DNA of 10,278 nucleotides from Deinococcota bacterium (GTDB lineage Bacteria > Deinococcota > Deinococci > Deinococcales > Thermaceae), in assembly GCA_041695225.1 (NCBI GenBank), contig JBGFRI010000029.1:1-10278 (forward strand). The letters run 5' to 3'. Shown piece by piece: positions 1-6,889 of the stretch (position 1 is the stretch's first letter; every line of letters begins with the position of its first letter). The translations under genes were made by a program, and so were the position numbers. The notes under the pieces are model-generated. The model made no database searches. It was given only the letters and a program-made list of their open reading frames with translations, and was not told the DNA's origin.

Positions 1-136
1 TCTATCGAGCGCATTACATCCTACATGTTGCCACTAGTCACACGTCTCTCAGCAAGGCTAACTCCCTTCCAGTCGCGATTGCTTTACAGCCCGTTTCCGA
101 AAGTGTCAAAGTTGGGTCAGGGACTCGCTCTAAGGT

Positions 137-330
137 GATCCCCCGGCTCGCTGACGCTCGCCACCCCCCTTTTAAGGGGGTATCCCCGACCCAAAAAAGC
201 CCCCCTTAATAAGGGGGGTTGGGGGGATTTGGAGGTGGGCGGTGATTTATCAAGTGTGCGAAATCGGTGCGGACGTGCCCTAGAACGATCCCCCCGGCCT
301 ACGGCCACCCCCCTTGATAAGGGGGGGCAG
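137..330 (+). repeat. REP/MITE-like array 1 of family Z (CCCCCCTT-N2-3-AAGGGGGG hairpins): full element 137-229, conserved linker, further half-element 286-330
   Basis: GATCCCCCGGC...GCCACCCCCCTTTTAAGGGGG (137-180), then GCCCCCCTTAATAAGGGGGGTTGGGGGGATT (199-229), then CGATCCCCCCGGCCTACGGCCACCCCCCTTGATAAGGGGGGGCAG (286-330). Homologous copies at 3166-3445 and, inverted, at 4945-5241. Confidence 0.9.
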
Positions 331-335
331 TCCCC

Positions 336-1739
336 TTATCCGCCCGGCACCCCGCGCAGTCCGGGCAGCCAGGTAACCAGTACCGGGAAAGCCAGCACCA
401 GACCCAGGGCAATAACTTGTATCACCACGAAGGGAATAATCCCGCGGTAAATCTCGAGGGTCTGGACGTCTGGCGGGGACACCCCGCGCAAGTAGAACAG
501 GGCAAAACCAAACGGCGGGGTAAGGAAGCTGGTCTGGAAATTCACTGCCAGAATTACGGCAAACCACAAGAGCTTATCGGCCACATACCGCATGGGGTCC
601 AGATACCAGTGGCCCGCAGCAATCAGCGCCTGGGCCTGGGCTCCCCAGATAGCCTCGGCAGCCGGCATTACCAGCGGGATGATAATGAAGGCAATCTCGA
701 AGAAGTCCAGGAAAAAGCCCAGGATGAAGACCAGCAGCATGACAAAAATGATAAAGCCCCACTCGCCGCCCGGCAGCCCGACCAGGATTTCCTTGACCAT
801 CCGGCTGCCACCCAGCCCGCCGAACACCAGGCCGAAAGCGCTGGCCCCGATCAGCAGCCAGATCACCATGGTGGTGAAACGGGCGGTCTCGGTCATGGTC
901 TCGTAGAGCACCTTAAAGGTCAGTCGGCGGTAGGCGGCCGCCATGATCACCGCAATCAGCGACCCCACCGCGCCAGCCTCGGTAGGGGTGGCAATGCCAA
1001 AAAAGATGCTGCCCAGCACCGACACAATCAGGAAGACGGGCGGCACTATGGCCACCGTGGCTCGACGGGCCAGCTCCCAGCCCTGGTAGGGGCGGGCCTC
1101 GGGGGGCAGGGCCGGGGCCATGCTGGGCCGCAGCCAGGCCACCCCGCCCACAAACACCAGGTACAGACCCGCCAGCATCAGCCCCGGCAGCAAGGCGCCC
1201 AGGAAAAGATCTCCCACGCTAACGCCCATCTGGTCGCCCAGCACCACCAGCACAATGCTGGGGGGAATAATCTGGGCCAGGGTTCCCGAAGCGGCGATCA
1301 CCCCGGTGGCCAGGGGCCGGCTATAGCCGTACTTGAGCATGGTGGGCAGCGAGATCAGACCCATTGCCACTACCGCAGCGGCCACCACGCCAGTGGTCGC
1401 AGCCAGCAGGATGCCCACCACAACCACCGCAATGGCCACCCCGCCCCGCCAGGGGCCAAAAACCTGGCCAACTGTATCCAGCAGTTGCGCGGCCAGCCCG
1501 GCCCTTTCCAGAACCATGCCCATGAAGATAAAAAACGGGATGGCCACCAGAATCATGTTGGACATGATCCCAAAGACGCGGTTAGGCAAAAGCCCCAGAA
1601 AGCTAAGGTCAAAGGCGCCGATGGAAATCCCAACGATCGCAAAGACCACCGAGACCCCGCCCAGGGCAAAAGCCACTGGATAACCGCTAAAGATTAGTAC
1701 AATCAGACCCACAAACATCAGGGCGGCGATATATTCCAT
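336..1739 (-). CDS. dctM: TRAP transporter large permease (DctM, FcbT3-like), 467 aa
   Basis: Highly hydrophobic ORF with DctM motifs GYPVAFALGG, AIPFFIFMG, ATGVIAASGTLAQIIPPS, GIATPTEAGA and QTSFLTPPFGFALFYLRGV. ATG lies 3 nt after the dctQ stop, with GGAGGTGG inside the end of dctQ. Confidence 0.95.
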   Translation of the reverse strand: MEYIAALMFVGLIVLIFSGYPVAFALGGVSVVFAIVGISIGAFDLSFLGLLPNRVFGIMSNMILVAIPFFIFMGMVLERAGLAAQLLDTVGQVFGPWRGGVAIAVVVVGILLAATTGVVAAAVVAMGLISLPTMLKYGYSRPLATGVIAASGTLAQIIPPSIVLVVLGDQMGVSVGDLFLGALLPGLMLAGLYLVFVGGVAWLRPSMAPALPPEARPYQGWELARRATVAIVPPVFLIVSVLGSIFFGIATPTEAGAVGSLIAVIMAAAYRRLTFKVLYETMTETARFTTMVIWLLIGASAFGLVFGGLGGSRMVKEILVGLPGGEWGFIIFVMLLVFILGFFLDFFEIAFIIIPLVMPAAEAIWGAQAQALIAAGHWYLDPMRYVADKLLWFAVILAVNFQTSFLTPPFGFALFYLRGVSPPDVQTLEIYRGIIPFVVIQVIALGLVLAFPVLVTWLPGLRGVPGG

Positions 1740-1742
1740 TGC

Positions 1743-2300
1743 TCAGACCACCTCCCCTACGCGTTCGCGGGGCAGGTTGGGCAGGTCGCCGCGCAGAAAA
1801 GCCAGGTTCTTGATAAACTCGGACAAACCCTGTAGCGCCAGCAAGAGCAGGGCGGGCAGCATGGCCAGCTTTAGGGGCCAGCGGGGCAGCCCGCCGGGGT
1901 CGGGCGACATCTCGCGCACCCGCACCGAGAACTCCACCAGCGGAATGCTCAGGATGAACAGAGCCGTAACGGCTGGTATCGTCCACAGAAGCGAGCCCAG
2001 CATATCCACCCAGGCCTGACGCCGCCGACTGAGGCGCGAATAAATAACATCCACCCGGATGTGCTGATTCATTTTGAGAATATAGGCCGCCGCGAATAGA
2101 AAGACCAGGGCAAACAGGTACCACTGCAACTCTAACAGGGTGTTGGTGGAAAGCCTGGTTCCGAACTCCCGGTCTACGGTGCGGACTATGGCGTTATAGG
2201 CCCCGACGCCCACCATGAGCAATACCAGCCAAAAGGTCAGGCGCCCCATCCACTCGTTGACTGTATCAATCACCCTGGATACTGCTAAAAGTACCTTCAC
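1743..2300 (-). CDS. dctQ: TRAP transporter small permease (DctQ, FcbT2-like), 185 aa
   Basis: About four hydrophobic segments. Motifs ELQWYLF, HIRVDVIY and EMSPDPGGLPRWPLK. GTG start with AAGGAGG RBS (2309-2315) 8 nt upstream. Adjacent to dctM. Confidence 0.93.
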   Translation of the reverse strand: MKVLLAVSRVIDTVNEWMGRLTFWLVLLMVGVGAYNAIVRTVDREFGTRLSTNTLLELQWYLFALVFLFAAAYILKMNQHIRVDVIYSRLSRRRQAWVDMLGSLLWTIPAVTALFILSIPLVEFSVRVREMSPDPGGLPRWPLKLAMLPALLLLALQGLSEFIKNLAFLRGDLPNLPRERVGEVV

Positions 2301-2364
2301 TACCAGAACCTCCTTGACTCGAAACTATAAAAGTGCTCTACTGTGCCCGCTGCGGCTGTGGCTT

Positions 2365-2393
2365 ATGCTAACTGCATGGCCGCCTGACGTCAA
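2365..2393 (-). promoter_or_regulatory. sigma70-like promoter for dctQM
   Basis: Minus strand TTGACG (2388-2393), 17-nt spacer, TAGCAT (2365-2370), about 65 nt upstream of the dctQ start. Confidence 0.65.
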
Positions 2394-2418
2394 CATCCCG
2401 ATAGGCCAACACTGTAAG

Positions 2419-3029
2419 CCTTTATGAAATTAGAAAAACACGTCGGCGTCACTTTTAATTCTTCGTGCCTGGGGGAAGGCGCATCTCAACGTTGAAGAGT
2501 CTAATATGCTGTACTGCACTGAATCTAGTGGACTCAGGCGCATTAGATTCTTCGGCCTAACGGCCTCAGAGCAACATTGCAATGACGGCAGGAACGGATT
2601 TTTCTCGTCATTGCGAGCGCTTGGAGAGCGCGAAGCAATCCAGATCACCCCAGCGGCTGCCGAGCTTACGACCCTCTCCTGGATTGCTTCGTCGGCCTAT
2701 GGCCTCCTCGCAATGACGGCAGGGGGCTGGGGGCCTCAGAATGACGCGTCGGTATTTTTGTACGTGCTCGAGTGTCAAATTACACTTTTGCGACATGTGC
2801 CTGATCAGGTGCCAAACCTTTATGGCGAATTCAGCAAAGTATGTCGGTGTCACCCTGAACGAAGTGAAGGGTCTGATGCGCTGTACTGCACTGAATCTAG
2901 TGGACTCAGGCGCATCCGATTTGTTGGCCTGACGGCCTCAGAATGACGCTTCGGTATTTTTGCACGTGCTCGAGAGTCAAATTCCACTTTTGTAATAACA
3001 GCCTCTCAAGGCTGGATCAGGTGCATAAA
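2419..3029 (+). repeat. Two tandem ~210-bp units (2419-2816 interrupted, 2817-3029 intact), each carrying a family X palindromic element (GTCACCCTGAAC...TCAGAATGAC)
   Basis: Both units start CCTTTATG and share GCTGTACTGCACTGAATCTAGTGGACTCAGGCGCAT and GGCCTCAGAATGACGC.TCGGTATTTTTG.ACGTGCTCGAG.GTCAAATT.CACTTTTG, ending GATCAGGTGC. The intact element 2849-2947 has imperfect terminal inverted repeats and an inner stem GATGCGC/GCGCATC (2875-2881/2910-2916). Confidence 0.9.
2571..2731. mobile_element. 161-bp insertion carrying a family Y palindromic element (2606-2718), flanked by the 9-bp direct repeat GGCCTCAGA
   Basis: Perfect 12-bp inverted repeats CGTCATTGCGAG/CTCGCAATGACG (2606-2617/2707-2718) and a perfect 13-bp inner stem CGAAGCAATCCAG/CTGGATTGCTTCG (2631-2643/2679-2691). 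GGCCTCAGA occurs at 2562-2570 and 2732-2740. The segment is absent from the sister unit. Confidence 0.8.
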
Positions 3030-3054
3030 TTCTCAGCCGTCGCAGGCGCCTGGG

Positions 3055-3143
3055 CATAGATTGGGCGCTTCAAGCCCCGCCCCTCATATTCTCCAGCACA
3101 TAGACTGGGCGCTTCAAGCTCTGCCCCCTCATAGTCTCCAGCG
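3055..3143 (+). repeat. Tandem duplication of a 44/45-bp unit
   Basis: CATAGATTGGGCGCTTCAAGCCCCGCCCCTCATATTCTCCAGCA (3055-3098) followed by CATAGACTGGGCGCTTCAAGCTCTGCCCCCTCATAGTCTCCAGCG (3099-3143). Confidence 0.88.
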
Positions 3144-3165
3144 CATTGTGAAAGTAAGACAAAAC

Positions 3166-3445
3166 TATCCCCCGGCCTTCACAGGCCCCCCTTAACAAGG
3201 GGGTTTGGGGGGATTTGGAGGTGGCTGGCGATTTATCAAGCGTGCCAAATCGGCGAGTTCACACCCAGAAGCTCGCTCGCAGACAATCCCCCCGGCCCAC
3301 AAAAGCCCCCCTTAATAAGGGGGGGGTAGGGGGGATTTGAAGCGTGGGGACTTATGGAGTATGTGAGATCGGCAAGAGTGTTCCCCACAACCCCTATCTG
3401 GCGATCCCCCCGGCCTGCGGCCACCCCCCTTGATAAGGGGGGCAG
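3166..3445 (+). repeat. Family Z array 2 (three hairpin modules and two conserved linkers)
   Basis: Three CCCCCCTT(A/G)A(C/T)AAGGGGG cores near 3186-3203, 3306-3324 and 3424-3442. Segment 3402-3445 differs from 286-330 by one substitution and one G indel. The linker GGGGGGATTTGGAGGTGG...GATTTATCAAG.GTGC.AAATCGG matches 221-267. Confidence 0.9.
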
Positions 3446-3474
3446 GCTGCGTACTCAGTAGCCCGCAGCCTGCC
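3441..3474 (-). terminator. GC-rich stem-loop downstream of dctP-1 (possible terminator or 3' stabiliser; no U-tract)
   Basis: 11-bp perfect inverted repeat GGCAGGCTGCG (3441-3451) / CGCAGCCTGCC (3464-3474), about 40 nt after the stop codon. The family Z array abuts the stem where a U-tract would be. Confidence 0.45.
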
Positions 3475-3475
3475 A

Positions 3476-3517
3476 GTCGCTGAAGCGAGCCCTTGGCGGT
3501 CGCTAAAGCGAGCCCTT
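3476..3517 (+). repeat. 19-bp direct repeat pair overlapping the dctP-1 stop codon
   Basis: GTCGCTGAAGCGAGCCCTT (3476-3494) and GTCGCTAAAGCGAGCCCTT (3499-3517), each containing a TCGC-N4-GCGA mini-hairpin. Confidence 0.8.
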
Positions 3518-4619
3518 AGGCTGGGCGTACAGGCAGTGTGCGCACAAAGTCTTCGATGGCGAACTCGTTGGCGGCAAACCAGCGGCGCTGGTTGTTCAGG
3601 AAAGCCATGTAGGGGGTATAGATGGCGCGGAAAGCGGCGTCTCTGCCTGCCAAATCCTCGAGCACTTCCACTGAGGCGGTGTGGGCTGCCCGCATCACAC
3701 TGGTGGGAAACCGCCGGAACTGGGTTCCAAAACGCGCCAGGCGAACCATGGCAATCGCGTTTTTGGCATCGGTCTCGGCCGTCAGGCGGGAGCTGGCCTC
3801 GCCGCAGGCGGCGGCAACGGCCTCTTGATAGGGCTTGGGGAGAGCGCGCCAGCGCTCGAGGTTCACCACCACCGTCATGGTGTTGACCATCTCCTGCCAG
3901 CCGGGGTAGTAGTAAAAACGAGCCGCCCGGTGCAGGCCCAGCCTTTCGTCATCGTGGGCGCTCATAAACTCGGCGCCATCTACCACCCCACGCTCCAGCG
4001 CCAGGAAGATTTCACCGGCAGGTATGAGCGTTGGGGTAGCCCCCAGACGGGCGTAGACCATCCCCCCCATTCCCGGAACCCGGAAGCGCAGGCCCCGCAG
4101 GTCTTCCGGTGCCCGGATCTCCCGGCGGAACCAGCCACCCATGGGAATTGGGGAGTGACCTGCGTTGAAGTTGATCATGTTATGGTCGGCGTAGAACGGG
4201 CGCATTAGCTCGAGGCCGCCGCCGTGCAAGAGCCAGGCGTTCTTCTGGCGGAAGCCCATGCCGAAGGGCAGGCCCGAGTCGAAGGCGGTTACCGGGCTGA
4301 CGCCAAAGTACCACCCGCTCCAGAAGTGGCCCATCTCCACTGCGCCGCCCCGCACCGCATCAAAAAGCCCAGGCATGGGAACCAACTCGCCAGCCGGGTG
4401 GGCCGAGACCTCAAAGCGCCCCTCGGTCAACTCGCCGATACGCCTGGCGATGTACTCCACACCGCTGCGAGGGCCAAAGATAATATCCAGGGCTCGAGGC
4501 CAGCCCGATGACATCCGCCAACGGAGCCTGGGCAGGGCCTGGGCGTATACCGGGCCAAACACTGCGCTGGCCGCAACCGCGCCGACCCCTGCTTTCTTCA
4601 AAAAGTCACGTCTCTTCAC
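3516..4619 (-). CDS. dctP: TRAP substrate-binding protein, TakP/FcbT1-like paralog 1, Tat signal peptide, 367 aa
   Basis: Start moved to GTG at 4619 (VKRRDFLKK aligns with the Met of both paralogs; GAAGGGGTGA RBS upstream). RRxFLK Tat motif. Family motifs MGGWFRREI, DLRGLRFR, GEIFLALERGVVDGAE and FYYYPGWQE. Confidence 0.92.
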   Translation of the reverse strand: MKRRDFLKKAGVGAVAASAVFGPVYAQALPRLRWRMSSGWPRALDIIFGPRSGVEYIARRIGELTEGRFEVSAHPAGELVPMPGLFDAVRGGAVEMGHFWSGWYFGVSPVTAFDSGLPFGMGFRQKNAWLLHGGGLELMRPFYADHNMINFNAGHSPIPMGGWFRREIRAPEDLRGLRFRVPGMGGMVYARLGATPTLIPAGEIFLALERGVVDGAEFMSAHDDERLGLHRAARFYYYPGWQEMVNTMTVVVNLERWRALPKPYQEAVAAACGEASSRLTAETDAKNAIAMVRLARFGTQFRRFPTSVMRAAHTASVEVLEDLAGRDAAFRAIYTPYMAFLNNQRRWFAANEFAIEDFVRTLPVRPA

Positions 4620-4739
4620 CTGTGTCACCCCTTCAACCAACAAGGTTTTCTGCTGCTAGGCAGCTTAATAAAGTGGAGCTGAAACACATAAGGCGCTAGA
4701 GATAACCACTCAACTGCTATAGGTTGCTTTGCGATATTT

Positions 4740-4768
4740 ATACTAACCCCTCTCGGATGCCCAGTCAA
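4740..4768 (-). promoter_or_regulatory. sigma70-like promoter for dctP-1
   Basis: Minus strand TTGACT (4763-4768), 17-nt spacer, TAGTAT (4740-4745). Confidence 0.65.
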
Positions 4769-4944
4769 ATGCGCCGCCGAGTCAGCCCCAAAGCTAGTAT
4801 GTTTTGGGCGTAAGTAATAGCCCAGGCAGCCGGCCAGACCGCTGTCATGCTGAACCGAGGGTTAGCGGAGTGACGGTGAAAAGCCTGACGATGCTAACGA
4901 GTCTGGTGCTCGATGCCATGCAAGACCTAATCAACGTCTGAAAC

Positions 4945-5241
4945 GGCGGAATCTGTTCGCACGCTCCACCAGTGCCCACACTTCAAATCCCCCCAACCCC
5001 CCTTGTTAAGGAGGGCTTTTGTAGGCCCTAGGTACCTCCTAAATATGAGGGGTGGCGAGCGTTAGGGAGCCGGGGGATCGAGAGAGTGAGTTCCAGGTAC
5101 GCTTGCTCCGATTTTGCATGCTTCATGAGTCACCACCCTTCAAATCCCCCCGACCCCCCTTGTTAAGGGGGGCTTCAAAAGAGCCCTTGTTAAGGGGGTT
5201 TTTGTAAGCCCGGAGATGCCTCCCTTAATAAGCGTGGCGAG
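4945..5241 (-). repeat. Family Z array 3, inverted relative to arrays 1 and 2
   Basis: The reverse complement of 4982-5079 aligns end to end with 137-234. A second, more degenerate element lies at about 5139-5241 with an internal duplication of CCCTTGTTAAGGGGG (5157-5171, 5184-5198). The linker 5108-5141 is homologous to 231-267. Confidence 0.88.
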
Positions 5242-5317
5242 ACGGCAGACTAATCTCAGCGGCTGATCTACCAGGTTGCAGGCCGACTGCTTGGAGTTGT
5301 TGATTCCCCGGTCCTGC

Positions 5318-5366
5318 AATAAATGCCAGCCCCCACCTGGCGCTTCTCCGGTGGGGGCTTTCTGGC
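5318..5366 (-). terminator. Probable intrinsic terminator of dctP-2
   Basis: 10-bp stem AGCCCCCACC (5328-5337) / GGTGGGGGCT (5350-5359), followed on the minus strand by GGCATTTATT. About 30 nt after the stop codon. Confidence 0.6.
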
Positions 5367-5394
5367 TGGCTCGGAAGGATCTGGGCTGCAAAAA

Positions 5395-6492
5395 CTAGGC
5401 TGGGCGAAGGGTGCGCACAAAATCTTCGTATGCGAACTCGTTGCTGGCAAACCAGCGGCGCGACCGGCCCTTAAAAGCCCGCCAGGGGGTATAGATGGTG
5501 CGGAAGGCCTCGTCCCGGCCGGCGAGCTCTTCCAGGAGTTCGGTCGAGACCCGGTTGGCTGCTTGCAGCACACTGGTAGGAAAGCGCCGGAACTGGGTTC
5601 CACCGCGCACCAGACGCTCCATCGCGGCCACGTTTTTTAAATCGTACTCGGCCACCATGCGCTCGTTGGCCTCGCTGCAGGCCGTCGCGATGGCATCCTG
5701 GTAGGGCTTGGGCAGGGTGCGCCAGCGTTCCAGGTTGACCCAGACCGTAACCCCACCACCAGCCTCCTGCCAGCCAGGGTAGTAGTAGAAGCGGGCTGCC
5801 CGGTGCAGACCCAGACGCTCGTCGTCGTGCGGGCCAACATACTCGGCGGCGTCAATGGCCCCACGCTCCAGAGCCAAAAAGATCTCGCCCACCGGAATTG
5901 CCTGTACGGTCACGCCAAGGCGGGAGTAGGCCATCCCCCCAACGCCCGGCGTGCGGAAACGCAGCCCCCGCAGGTCTTCCGGCGCTCTGATCTCCCGGCG
6001 GAACCAGCCGCCCATCTGTAGGGTCAGGGTTCCTGCCACAAAATTGACCAGGTTCAGATCGGCGTAGAAGCGGCGGAATAGCTCGAGCCCGCCTCCAAAG
6101 AGCATCCAGGCGTTCTGCTGCCGAAAGTTCAGGCCCATGGGCATGGCCGAGTCGAAGCTGAGCACCGGGCTAAGGCCGGAAAACCACCCCGCCCAGCCAT
6201 GCCCCATCTCTACGCCTCCCGCCCGCACCACATCCAGCACCTGAAGGGTTGGCGCCAGTTCCCCGCCGGGGTGGGCGCTTACTTCAAAGCGTCCCTCGGT
6301 CAGCTCGCCGATCCGGCGGGCCACATACTGCGCACCGCTTTGAGGGCCAAAGGTAACATCCAGCGCCCGGGGCCAGCCCGCTGCCATCCGCCACCTGACC
6401 CTGGGCAGGGTCTGGGCGTACACCGGGCCAAACACCGCGCTGGCCGCCACTGCGCCGACACCAGCCTTCTTCAAAAAATCGCGTCGCTTCAT
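5395..6492 (-). CDS. dctP: TRAP substrate-binding protein, TakP/FcbT1-like paralog 2, Tat signal peptide, 365 aa
   Basis: MKRRDFLKK Tat motif and GAGGAGGAG RBS. Motifs QMGGWFRREI, GEIFLALERGAIDAAEYVGPHDD and FYYYPGWQE. Confidence 0.94.
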   Translation of the reverse strand: MKRRDFLKKAGVGAVAASAVFGPVYAQTLPRVRWRMAAGWPRALDVTFGPQSGAQYVARRIGELTEGRFEVSAHPGGELAPTLQVLDVVRAGGVEMGHGWAGWFSGLSPVLSFDSAMPMGLNFRQQNAWMLFGGGLELFRRFYADLNLVNFVAGTLTLQMGGWFRREIRAPEDLRGLRFRTPGVGGMAYSRLGVTVQAIPVGEIFLALERGAIDAAEYVGPHDDERLGLHRAARFYYYPGWQEAGGGVTVWVNLERWRTLPKPYQDAIATACSEANERMVAEYDLKNVAAMERLVRGGTQFRRFPTSVLQAANRVSTELLEELAGRDEAFRTIYTPWRAFKGRSRRWFASNEFAYEDFVRTLRPA

Positions 6493-6628
6493 CTACTCTC
6501 CTCCTCAACCAGCCAACAACTGCGTACACTGCTAGCCAAAACGCCAGCTTGATAAAGGGGGCTAAAAAGACAGATTGTGGTCAAACATAGGGAAAACGAC
6601 TGATAGTGAAATTTATCGAATAGGCATA

Positions 6629-6657
6629 AGGGTAATACCCCCAGGCTATGGGGTCAA
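6629..6657 (-). promoter_or_regulatory. sigma70-like promoter for dctP-2
   Basis: Minus strand TTGACC (6652-6657), 17-nt spacer, TACCCT (6629-6634). Confidence 0.6.
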
Positions 6658-6666
6658 GTTAGTTGA

Positions 6667-6689
6667 AGTTTCTCGGTTACCGCGAAACT
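6667..6689. promoter_or_regulatory. Candidate transcription-factor operator (23-bp near-perfect palindrome)
   Basis: AGTTTCTCGGT-T-ACCGCGAAACT: 10 of 11 arm positions are complementary. It lies 9 nt upstream of the predicted -35 of dctP-2. Confidence 0.5.
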
Positions 6690-6827
6690 GCCTGTTTCAG
6701 CGAGATAACCCCAGCTCGCAGGCAGGGGGCAGTCTGCTCTGGTCCTAGCGGCAGCATTGGGCTGGGCAAGCCGTGCTGTGTCTAGCCTCCCGCAGTCCAT
6801 CAGCGAAATTGGCTCACTGGAATGGGC

Positions 6828-6858
6828 AAAACAAGACCCCCCGAACTCCGGGGGGTCT
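6828..6858 (-). terminator. Rho-independent terminator of dctP-3
   Basis: 10-bp perfect stem AGACCCCCCG (6834-6843) / CGGGGGGTCT (6849-6858) with a 5-nt loop, followed by TGTTTT on the minus strand. About 30 nt after the stop codon. Confidence 0.8.
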
Positions 6859-6889
6859 ACTCAAAACACTGGTTCTTGCAGAATTAAGC

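Noticed and set aside
1..138. Open plus-strand frame from the window start, and a minus-strand TTGACA (104-109)
   Set aside because: The peptide has no recognisable motif and ends in the repeat. The -10 at 17 nt (TAAAGC) lacks the conserved final T. Not decidable without flanking sequence.
117..308. Similar short ORFs at 117..308, 3236..3424 and 5140..5391 (PPLLRG, PPLIKGG, PPLTRG peptides) as a small-protein family
   Set aside because: The similarity is fully explained by translation of family Z repeats. There is no convincing RBS, and the frames are not maintained between copies.
417..1697. 426-aa plus-strand ORF
   Set aside because: It is the antisense shadow of dctM. The His/Gln/Gly-rich composition is typical of the reverse strand of a GC-rich membrane-protein gene.
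2506..2946. 146-aa ORF with internal repeats (LYCTESSGLRRIRF twice, CHPERSEGS)
   Set aside because: It is a read-through of the family X and Y palindromes, giving typical repeat-translation peptides. There is no RBS or protein domain.
4620..4643. ORF-track N-terminal extension of dctP-1 (MLVEGVTQ)
   Set aside because: Paralog alignment and RBS position support the GTG at 4619.
137..5241. CRISPR array interpretation of the repeat-linker pattern
   Set aside because: Units are 120-210 bp and degenerate with only 2-3 per array, the linkers are homologous to each other, and there are no cas genes.
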